DNA from: a bacterium
Lineage (GTDB): Bacteria; Zhuqueibacterota; Zhuqueibacteria; Oceanimicrobiales; Oceanimicrobiaceae
Reading direction: 5' to 3'
DNA: 16,945 bases
Assembly: GCA_046757165.1 (NCBI GenBank)
Contig: JBHHXT010000100.1
Span: 1-16,945 of the forward strand
Shown one piece after another: positions 8,836 to 15,685 of this stretch. Below the pieces are notes generated by a model. It was given only the letters and a program-made list of their open reading frames with translations. It was not told the DNA's origin and searched no databases. Position 1 is the first letter of the stretch; each line of letters begins with the position of its first letter. The translations under genes and the position numbers were made by a program.

Positions 8836-9726
8836 TCATTGCTCGAACAACCGATAGAGCTTCCTTTCTAACAGCTTCTGGTAGTTGGCTGTATAATTAT
8901 TGCTCTGCAAATCGTAGTCCTGCTCATTTTGGGCAGCCAGTGCCAGAAATCGTTTGGCGTCCATGTAGGTGAACAGCTTTTCTTTGGTGACGATGGGCCA
9001 GTAGAGGTACTGCTTGTTCTTGCGGTTTTTTGAGCTCAGCTCGATTTGTGCGATGCCAAAGAGACTGAACTCGTTGGAAGGGGAGATTTTCTTGCGGTCC
9101 AGAAAGCCGCGGTCGACCATGCGTGCCAGGATGGCGCGCAGCTCCTCTGCGAAAATGACTTGCGAGGTGTCCAGCTGGACATAAATCTCCCCGGCCGTGG
9201 CCTTCTTTTCTACCCACAAGATCTTCAGGATGTCGATCTCCGTATCGGTCGGAATGGGCAGATTGCGGTCCTCCAGCCGTTTCGGCTTCTTCTTGAAGGT
9301 CCTCACCAGGTTTCGAATCGCATCGTTGAGCGAGATGGTTGGCGGGATATCGCTCTGGCGGCGCCGCAGCTCCTCGCCGATCCAGTCCTGGCTGCCGGCG
9401 CCGGGTTCGAGCGCCTTCAGTCCATCCTCGTCGAGGAAAAACGGCAAGGGCTGGTTGGCGTCCATCTCGAAGGCCAAGTCTGAGGTCGTCGAGTCGGTGA
9501 AACTGACCGTCGCGTCGTCGATGAACCGGATCTTGCGCAGGAAATACAGCTTCTTTTCCGCGGTGTTGCCGGTCAGGACATCCTTGGCATTGTGGTTGGC
9601 TTTTTGGGGCGTTTCTTCGTCAGAATCTGACTGTGCAAATGCCTGGCCAACAAAAGTGAGTGTGGCCAGCAGTAGCGTCAGGGAGAGCGTGAGCAGGGTA
9701 GGTTTGCATCTGGTTGAATGGGTCAT
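8836..9726 (-). CDS. Hypothetical protein with an N-terminal signal-peptide-like segment and a C-terminal BlaI/MecI/CopY-like winged helix-turn-helix
   Basis: Probable start is ATG 9726 (296 aa); the ORF track extends it to TTG 9771. The N-terminus MTHSTRCKPTLLTLSLTLLLATLTFVGQAFA-Q fits a Sec/SPase I signal. PTDTEIDILKILW..KKATAGEIYVQL...LRAILARMVDRGFLDRKK...YLYWPIVTKE matches the BlaI/CopY pattern as I recognise it. Confidence 0.72.
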   Translation of the reverse strand: MTHSTRCKPTLLTLSLTLLLATLTFVGQAFAQSDSDEETPQKANHNAKDVLTGNTAEKKLYFLRKIRFIDDATVSFTDSTTSDLAFEMDANQPLPFFLDEDGLKALEPGAGSQDWIGEELRRRQSDIPPTISLNDAIRNLVRTFKKKPKRLEDRNLPIPTDTEIDILKILWVEKKATAGEIYVQLDTSQVIFAEELRAILARMVDRGFLDRKKISPSNEFSLFGIAQIELSSKNRKNKQYLYWPIVTKEKLFTYMDAKRFLALAAQNEQDYDLQSNNYTANYQKLLERKLYRLFEQ

Positions 9727-9821
9727 CTCGTAACCTTGTTTTGGGGTTCGGCAGTCTCTGTATTTCAACAAAGGCTGCGTTACTTATGTTCCCGGCAAGA
9801 CCTTCTTACCAAGATCACCTG

Positions 9822-9934
9822 TCATCCACCGATCATCCACCGAATTTCACCGAAAGCACCGAGCCTCACCGAAAGTATGCTTTGAACAAAAACTTTCAGT
9901 GCGACCCGGTGACTTCGGTCCAACTTCGGTGGAT
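9822..9934. repeat. ~100-bp imperfect inverted repeat built from tandem CACCGA units
   Basis: CACCGA occurs at 9827, 9838, 9848, 9857 and 9867. The left arm 9835-9876 pairs with the right arm 9892-9934 around a 15-nt loop. TCATCCACCGA is duplicated exactly at 9822-9832 and 9833-9843. Confidence 0.85.
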
Positions 9935-9942
9935 AAATTTGA

Positions 9943-9971
9943 TTGAAATTGTGCGATGGTTTTCGTATTAT
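9943..9971 (+). promoter_or_regulatory. Putative sigma70-type promoter of the M2 peptidase gene
   Basis: TTGAAA (9943-9948), 17 nt, then TATTAT (9966-9971), about 55 nt upstream of ATG 10026. Confidence 0.65.
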
Positions 9972-10025
9972 TGCTCCGGCCTGACACCAACCCGGAGGGA
10001 AGTCACAAAACAGGAGGGTTATCCA

Positions 10026-11831
10026 ATGAATGCCAAGACGTTGTGTACGGTTTTTCTTTCATGTGCTGTGTTACAATTCGCCTGTGTGCAAAACCAGACC
10101 CGCAAAGAGGCGCAGGAGTTCCTCGATGAGTACACCCAACAGTTCCAGGAACTATATTACGAGTCGGCCAAGGCCTCCTGGCTGGCCAACACCGATATCA
10201 GCACCGAGCATGACAGCCTGAGCGTCATTGCGGACAAGGCGTTCGCCGAGTACGTCGGCAGCTCGACGGTGATTGAGAAAGTGAAAGGGTTTCTGCAGCA
10301 GTCCGAGGCGCTGAGCGAGCTGCAACGACTGCAACTGGAAAAGATCTTGCTGCGTGCGGCGCACCAGCCGGGCACCATTCCGGATGTGGTCGAGAAGCTG
10401 ATCGCGGCCGAGACGGAGCAGAACAGCCGGCTGTTTGGCTTCGACTTCGTCCTGCGTGACAAACGCGGCAAGGCAAGAATCGTCACCACCAACGAGCTCG
10501 ACCGCATTCTGGTCGCTTCCCGAGATGTCGACGAGCGGCTCGCTGCCTGGGAATCGAGCAAGGAGGTAGGCAAGGTTCTCAAAGATGGCCTGGAGAACTT
10601 GCAGAGCCTGCGCAACCAGGTCGCGCGCGAGATGGGGTACAGCTCGTTTTTTGTGCTCGAGGTCGCCGACTACGGCATGACGGTCGAAGAGCTGATGGCG
10701 CTGATGGACAACCTGGTCGAGGAGCTGCGGCCGCTCTATTCCGAGCTGCACACCTGGGCGCGTCACAAGCTGGCTGAGCGCTACAACCAGCCGGTGCCTG
10801 AGAAACTGCCGGCGCACTGGCTCCCCAATCGCTGGGGTCAAAACTGGCCCGGCATCATCGAAACGGTCAACCTGGACGATTTGTACAAGGATAAGACCGC
10901 CGAGTGGATCCTCGAGACGGCAGAAGATTTTTACGTCAGCATCGGCTTTGACACGCTGAACCAGAATTTTTGGCAGAACTCCGACCTCTATCCTGTGCCG
11001 GCAGGGGAAGCGCGCAAGAAAAACAACCACGCCTCCGCCTGGCACCTGGACTACGACCAGGACTATCGCTCGCTCATGAGTGTGGAGCCCAACAACCGCT
11101 GGTTCCGCACCGCCCACCATGAGCTGGGGCACATCTACTACTACATTGAATATACCAATCCGCAGCTTCCGCCCCTGCTGCGGCGCGGCGCCAACCGCAG
11201 CTACCACGAAGGCATCGGCGATTTGCTGGCCATCGCGTCGTCGCAGCGACCCTATTTAGAACAACTGGGGCTGCTGTTAAAAGAGATGGAAATCGACGAA
11301 ATTCAGTGGCTGCTCAACGACGCGCTTTCCAGTAGCTCGGTGGTTTTCATCCCATTTGCGGCCGGCACCATGAGCCACTTCGAGCATGACCTGTACGAGA
11401 AGAATCTGCCAAAAGATGAGTACAACAAGCGCTGGTGGCAGTACGTCGAAAAATATCAGGGCATCGTGCCACCTTCGCCGCGCGGGGAAGAGTACTGCGA
11501 TGCTGCGAGCAAAACACACATCAACAACGACCCCGGCCAGTACTACGATTACGCGCTCTCATGCGTGCTGAAATTTCAGCTTCACGACCACATTGCACGC
11601 AATATTTTGAAGCAAGACCCACACAACTGCAACTACTATGGCAGCAAGAAAGTGGGGGAATTCCTGCAGAGCATCATGCGGCCAGGCGCGAGCAAAGATT
11701 GGCGCAAAGTGCTGCGCGAAAAGACGGGGGAGGACTTGAGTGCCCGCGCGATGCTGGAATACTATGCGCCGTTGCTCGAGTTTTTGAAGAAAGAGAATGA
11801 AGGGCGGCAGAGCGTGATCGCGGGGTTGTAG
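10026..11831 (+). CDS. M2 family zinc metallopeptidase (angiotensin-converting-enzyme-like peptidyl-dipeptidase), probable lipoprotein
   Basis: Start reassigned to ATG 10026 (601 aa) because SD AGGAGG lies directly upstream and a lipoprotein-like signal follows (MNAKTLCTVFLSCAVLQFA-C). ACE motifs present: LPAHWLPNRWGQNW, HASAW, zinc-binding HHELGH (11115-11132), RRGANRSYHEGIGD and DAASKTHI. Confidence 0.95.
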   Translation: MNAKTLCTVFLSCAVLQFACVQNQTRKEAQEFLDEYTQQFQELYYESAKASWLANTDISTEHDSLSVIADKAFAEYVGSSTVIEKVKGFLQQSEALSELQRLQLEKILLRAAHQPGTIPDVVEKLIAAETEQNSRLFGFDFVLRDKRGKARIVTTNELDRILVASRDVDERLAAWESSKEVGKVLKDGLENLQSLRNQVAREMGYSSFFVLEVADYGMTVEELMALMDNLVEELRPLYSELHTWARHKLAERYNQPVPEKLPAHWLPNRWGQNWPGIIETVNLDDLYKDKTAEWILETAEDFYVSIGFDTLNQNFWQNSDLYPVPAGEARKKNNHASAWHLDYDQDYRSLMSVEPNNRWFRTAHHELGHIYYYIEYTNPQLPPLLRRGANRSYHEGIGDLLAIASSQRPYLEQLGLLLKEMEIDEIQWLLNDALSSSSVVFIPFAAGTMSHFEHDLYEKNLPKDEYNKRWWQYVEKYQGIVPPSPRGEEYCDAASKTHINNDPGQYYDYALSCVLKFQLHDHIARNILKQDPHNCNYYGSKKVGEFLQSIMRPGASKDWRKVLREKTGEDLSARAMLEYYAPLLEFLKKENEGRQSVIAGL

Positions 11832-11849
11832 CAGACGGTTGGGGCTGTC

Positions 11850-11887
11850 AAATCCCCCCTGTCCCCCCTTTTCCAAAGGGGGGGACT
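11850..11887. repeat. Poly-C/poly-G palindromic element, possibly also the bidirectional terminator between convergent genes
   Basis: AAATCCCCCCT-GTCCCCCCTTT-TCC-AAAGGGGGGGACT. The stem runs 11861-11886 with one bulged G and is preceded by an extra TCCCCCCT unit. Confidence 0.7.
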
Positions 11888-11980
11888 CTTGTCGCGGATT
11901 TTGGGTTTGCAAGTCGGGCGGTGCGCCCGCAGGGCGCGACCCGGGGAAGACAGCCCGCGTTCGCGAACCAGACGCCTGTG

Positions 11981-14900
11981 CTACGAGACCCGTATCCCGT
12001 GCGACAAGTTCAGGAGCTTCGCCACGGCGTCTTCTGATGGCGGCCAGGTGGAGCTTCTCTGATGCTTCTCAATCGCCTTCTTCAGGATGCGACTGATATT
12101 TTCAGCTTCATCCGCGGAATAACCGTTTTCGGTCGTTTCCACCTCTCCAGTCTTTATTTTCTGCCACAACTCTTCATCTTCCAGCCACGCAGAGTTGAAA
12201 TGATGCAGCGCGCTGAGCGCCACCAGCGTGGGTTCATCCATCGGTCCGTTCTCTTGCAACTGGTCTGCGGGCGGCGCTGTTTTTTTCTTGAATAGAGCCG
12301 CCAACAAGCCCGGACCAGACTCGGGTTCAGGTTGCGCCTGCGGCAACCCCATGGCGAGGAAGCGCAGCCGGTTCATGAACCGTTTGATGGCGCGCGGCGT
12401 GTTCTGTCTGGAGATGATAACGCGGTGCCACACCTGCAAAGCGGTGCGAAAGGCCTCGGAATCTTTCACAACCGTCTCCGGCCGCAGGGTCAGGCGCCAC
12501 ACTCCCGCGAGCAGCAGGGCGGCCAGGGGCAGGAAGAAAACCCAGCCGGGAACGTCCGTGGGCTTGCCAGGCTCGAAGCGGCCTGTCCGGGCTGGACTCT
12601 TGTCCGCTTCCGGGTCAAGTGGCAAAGGGTTGGGGAGCTGTTGTTCCTTCTCATCAGTCGTCGTCGGCCGGGCAGGCGCAGTCGAGGGTGTCGACGGTTG
12701 CCATCGAGACGCCACGGTGGAGCCGAACCAAAAAGCAGCGACAATCGCAGCTAAGATAAGTGGAGCTGTCAAAACGCGCTTTACCGTCCGCAGCAGGTTG
12801 GCCGCCCGCGGTGATGCGGTTCTTGCGCCGTCTTGTTCCTCGGGGACCAAAAGCTGCTTCGACTGGTCTGTCGTCGGCTCCGGCACCGGGACTTCGATGT
12901 TGATGAGCTTTTCCAGATACTGCCGGGCAAACTCGGCCCGTCTTCTCTTGCCCGCGGCGCTTTCGGATTCACCGTTGGTTTGCCCATTTTGCGCGTGGCT
13001 GTCGCCGCTGCTCTCCTCGTCCCACAGTTCTTCGGCGACCTCTTTGAATCCCAGACCGACGCACCGCTCGACCCGCTTCAGATCCAGACCCAGGACCACG
13101 AAGCATCCGCCGGAGGCGACGAGGAAGTTGACGGCTTCCAATACCTCCAGCACATTTTCCGGCCGGCACCGGTCCAGGTCGTCGATCAAAATTACCAGGT
13201 TGTGCGGGTTCAAGGCCCTGGTGACGTCGCGAAATTCTCTTTCGAAGCGGTACCGGAAGCCCGTCTGCGCCATGAAGTCGCGCACGCTGAAGCGGCCGGA
13301 CATGGAAGCCATGAGCCTGGCCGGCTCGAGGCCGAAGGCGCGCACGGCCCGCCACAGCATACGCGCAACGCCACCCACACCAGCAACGCCCACACAGGAC
13401 GTGAGTAAAGCGATGATGGCACCGCCCTCCGCATTCGTTGGAAGCTGGAGTTGCAGGAGTTCCCTGACCAAGGACGGGCGTGCGGCCAGAGAGGCCAGCA
13501 AAAAGCTGCACACTGCGGAAGACAGCAGAATCAGGGCCAGGAATCCGAGCCAGTTTCGACGAAGCCGAATCACAAGCAACCGCAGCCGAAAATCGATGTT
13601 CATGAGGCTGAGCCAGGGCGGGACCGCTTGCCGCTTGACGTTCTCCAGCAAGGCAGCCAGCAGGTGCTCCTCTTTTTGATGGTGCCAGGCGTTGAACCAG
13701 ACGCTCTGGAACTTGTGCTGGCGCAGGTCTGCTTTCAGCAGGTTCATGAGTGAGCTTTTGCCGCTGCCCCAATTTCCGGTAATGGCAATGGTGAGCGGCG
13801 GAAGGGTGTTCTCGTTGCGTATGAAGCGCGACAGCCCGAATGCGATGGGCTTGAATTTGAGCGGGTCCGGGTCGCCCATTTCGAGTGGCCGGTCAGAGAT
13901 GAGCACATTCTCTATCGATTCGCGCACATAGCGCGTGTCCGTGGTATCCGGCTTGCGCAAACCGGGAACGAGCAGGAAGGCCACCAGCAGCCAGCTCAAA
14001 TAGTACCAGGGCGCTGGCAGCTTCCAGTAGGCGCCGGCGTCCGTGGCCGGGTCGCGGGTTTGTTGAAACCAGGTGGCACCGCCGTCGAGGGTCGCGAGCA
14101 ACGTCCCCCGGTGGCCGACCGCCCAGCCGCGGTTTTTATCCCGGAATTGGAGGGCGTTGATAGTGTTGTTCGTGCCGGTTGGCTGTTTTTGCCAGGAGGC
14201 ACCCCCGTCGCTGGTTTTGTAGATGGCGCCCTGCCAGCCTGCCACCCAGCCCGTCGAATCGTTGACGAAATGGACAGCGAAAAGCGGGTCGGTTATGGTG
14301 TCGTTCCTGGTGTTCCACGTCAGTCCGCTGTCAGTGGTGTGCTTGATCGTGCCAAAGCTCCCGACGGCCCAGCCAGTCGTGCGGTTGCCCGGGAAATGGA
14401 GGGCGTAATAGTGGACTCGCCCGTCCCGTGTTTCGTCTGTTACCTTGGGAGGCGATTCGCCTGACTCCGGGACATCGACGCGGGCGAAGCCGGGGCCGGC
14501 GACTCGAAAAGTGTTCTGACCTGTCGGTGCCGCCGCCCGAATTTCTTTACCGCCGAGAATCTGACGTCCGCCAGGCAGCCAGCTCAGTCCCGGGTTGGTC
14601 GTGTACAAGATGGTGCCGCCATCCCCAACGATGAGACCGCGCCCAGTGGGAGCAAAAACGACATCGTTCAGGTCGTATTGTGTGCCGGATTGTTGAACAC
14701 GCCAGGTGGCGCCGCCATCCTTTGTGGCCAGAAGACGGCCGCGGTTGCCCACCGCCCAGCCGGTGTTTTCGTCCAGAAAGGTGATGCTGTTCAGGTGGCG
14801 GGCGTAGAGGGAGTCCGCATCTTCGGCAGCCAGTTGCGCTTGTTGTTGTGTCCGGTTGCCTGCATCACCAGCTTGCTGGACAGTGGGTTGCCGTTGTTTT

Positions 14901-15388
14901 ATCGCTTCTGCTTTAGCTTGCTTTTTGTCAGATTTCTCGCCGGCGTAGGCCGGGGAGATCAGGCCGAAGGGCTCCGGGCTTGTTCTGGCCGCGGCGGCGG
15001 GCGGCAGACCATTTTGCACCGCCTGTTTTTCCCATGTCCGTCCGCCGTCCTCGCTGTGCAGGATCAGGCTGCCGGCGCCGACCACCCAGATTTTCTCCGT
15101 TCCTGGCAGGACGAAAAGGTCGCGCAGGTCCGACTCGATGACCGGCAAACGCGCCACGGCATTCACCTCGATGGGCGTTCTCCACCAGGTGGCGCTGAAT
15201 GTTGGGGGGGCGTGGTACGCATCAGGCCGCGGAAACTGCACGAGCGCCGCAAAGGTACAGACCACGAACACGGCCATGGCGAGGCCAAACCAACGCCTGC
15301 GGCGGTCAACTCTGGGGGGTAACGTTTGTTCTGGTCTGGGGCTCCCGGAGGTGGAGCGATTTACAGATGATTTCTGTTTGACGGCCAT
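11981..15388 (-). CDS. Multi-pass membrane protein: YCF48/BNR (Asp-box) beta-propeller fused to a KAP-family P-loop NTPase
   Basis: 1135 aa, with SD GGAGG before ATG 15388. Six Asp-box repeats (SEDGGRTW, TKDGGATW, TTNPGLSW, TTDSGLTW, TSDGGASW, TLDGGATW). KAP motifs: PLTIAITGNWGSGKSSLMN (Walker A, 13751-13777), VWFNAWHH, a hydrophobic hairpin between the Walker motifs, LVILIDDLDRC (Walker B), YLEKLINIEVPVP and TPRAIKRFMN. Confidence 0.9.
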   Translation of the reverse strand: MAVKQKSSVNRSTSGSPRPEQTLPPRVDRRRRWFGLAMAVFVVCTFAALVQFPRPDAYHAPPTFSATWWRTPIEVNAVARLPVIESDLRDLFVLPGTEKIWVVGAGSLILHSEDGGRTWEKQAVQNGLPPAAAARTSPEPFGLISPAYAGEKSDKKQAKAEAIKQRQPTVQQAGDAGNRTQQQAQLAAEDADSLYARHLNSITFLDENTGWAVGNRGRLLATKDGGATWRVQQSGTQYDLNDVVFAPTGRGLIVGDGGTILYTTNPGLSWLPGGRQILGGKEIRAAAPTGQNTFRVAGPGFARVDVPESGESPPKVTDETRDGRVHYYALHFPGNRTTGWAVGSFGTIKHTTDSGLTWNTRNDTITDPLFAVHFVNDSTGWVAGWQGAIYKTSDGGASWQKQPTGTNNTINALQFRDKNRGWAVGHRGTLLATLDGGATWFQQTRDPATDAGAYWKLPAPWYYLSWLLVAFLLVPGLRKPDTTDTRYVRESIENVLISDRPLEMGDPDPLKFKPIAFGLSRFIRNENTLPPLTIAITGNWGSGKSSLMNLLKADLRQHKFQSVWFNAWHHQKEEHLLAALLENVKRQAVPPWLSLMNIDFRLRLLVIRLRRNWLGFLALILLSSAVCSFLLASLAARPSLVRELLQLQLPTNAEGGAIIALLTSCVGVAGVGGVARMLWRAVRAFGLEPARLMASMSGRFSVRDFMAQTGFRYRFEREFRDVTRALNPHNLVILIDDLDRCRPENVLEVLEAVNFLVASGGCFVVLGLDLKRVERCVGLGFKEVAEELWDEESSGDSHAQNGQTNGESESAAGKRRRAEFARQYLEKLINIEVPVPEPTTDQSKQLLVPEEQDGARTASPRAANLLRTVKRVLTAPLILAAIVAAFWFGSTVASRWQPSTPSTAPARPTTTDEKEQQLPNPLPLDPEADKSPARTGRFEPGKPTDVPGWVFFLPLAALLLAGVWRLTLRPETVVKDSEAFRTALQVWHRVIISRQNTPRAIKRFMNRLRFLAMGLPQAQPEPESGPGLLAALFKKKTAPPADQLQENGPMDEPTLVALSALHHFNSAWLEDEELWQKIKTGEVETTENGYSADEAENISRILKKAIEKHQRSSTWPPSEDAVAKLLNLSHGIRVS

Positions 15389-15462
15389 GACGCCTCCCTG
15401 GCACGAGCTTATGAGATGCAGAATCTGATGTGGTGTCGCGAATTCTTACGAAACGATGACGT

Positions 15463-15491
15463 AATTTAATATCATGTGAAGATTTTGTCAA
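15463..15491 (-). promoter_or_regulatory. Putative sigma70-type promoter of the propeller-KAP NTPase gene
   Basis: The minus strand reads TTGACA (15491-15486), 17 nt, then TAAATT (15468-15463), about 75 nt upstream of ATG 15388. Confidence 0.65.
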
Positions 15492-15621
15492 GGAATTGTT
15501 TCTTGTTGGAGTGTTCCCCCGTTTGGGGATAGAATTAGTTCGATCCTGATCCAACACAGTTAGCAACCGTGTTTTAGGGGAGGCGATTCCTACAGCCTAA
15601 CGGCCTGAGAAGCCTTTTTGC

Positions 15622-15650
15622 TTGGAAATGCCTCCATTTCGTCTTATATT
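15622..15650 (+). promoter_or_regulatory. Putative sigma70-type promoter of the cysteine desulfurase gene
   Basis: TTGGAA (15622-15627), 17 nt, then TATATT (15645-15650). The inverted repeat GAAATG-CCTC-CATTTC (15625-15640) overlaps it. Confidence 0.5.
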
Positions 15651-15685
15651 TACCCGTCGTAAATTGAATTATCAAGAACAGATGA

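Noticed and set aside
9727..9771. TTG start at 9771 for the BlaI-like gene
   Set aside because: ATG 9726 puts the hydrophobic signal-like segment at a normal distance from the N-terminus. The upstream start is not excluded but is less likely.
9822..9934. Possible CRISPR array or iteron-containing origin
   Set aside because: The units are only 6-11 bp with 3-5-nt linkers, there are no 25-45-nt spacers, and no cas or rep gene is present.
9974..9997. Hairpin CTCCGG...CCGGAG in the peptidase leader as a riboswitch
   Set aside because: It is only a 6-bp stem in a ~50-nt leader, with no recognisable aptamer consensus.
9714..10025. 104-codon N-terminal extension of the M2 peptidase in the ORF track
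   Set aside because: It overlaps the divergent gene start, runs through the repeat hairpin and the predicted promoter, and would bury the lipoprotein signal. ATG 10026 has a strong SD.
10152..11207. 351-aa antisense ORF inside the M2 peptidase
   Set aside because: A shadow ORF mirroring the codon bias of the sense gene, with no domain signature.
6868..11438. E. coli Chi octamer GCTGGTGG at 6868-6875 and 11431-11438
   Set aside because: Both copies are inside coding sequence and consist of common codons in GC-rich DNA. Chi sequences are lineage-specific, so no inference is possible.
11839..12096. 85-aa ORF containing PPCPPFSKGG, and the opposite-strand ORF 11559-11912 containing SPPLEKGGQGG
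   Set aside because: These are translations of the poly-C/poly-G repeat that overlap real genes, not credible proteins.
12228..13679. 483-aa plus-strand ORF opposite the KAP NTPase
   Set aside because: Its Ser/Arg/Ala-rich composition is typical of an off-frame antisense translation, and it has no motifs.
14000..15130. Photosystem II assembly factor Ycf48 or sialidase call for the propeller
   Set aside because: Asp-box repeats are generic. There is no photosynthesis context, I recognised no sialidase catalytic motifs, and the domain is fused to a KAP NTPase.
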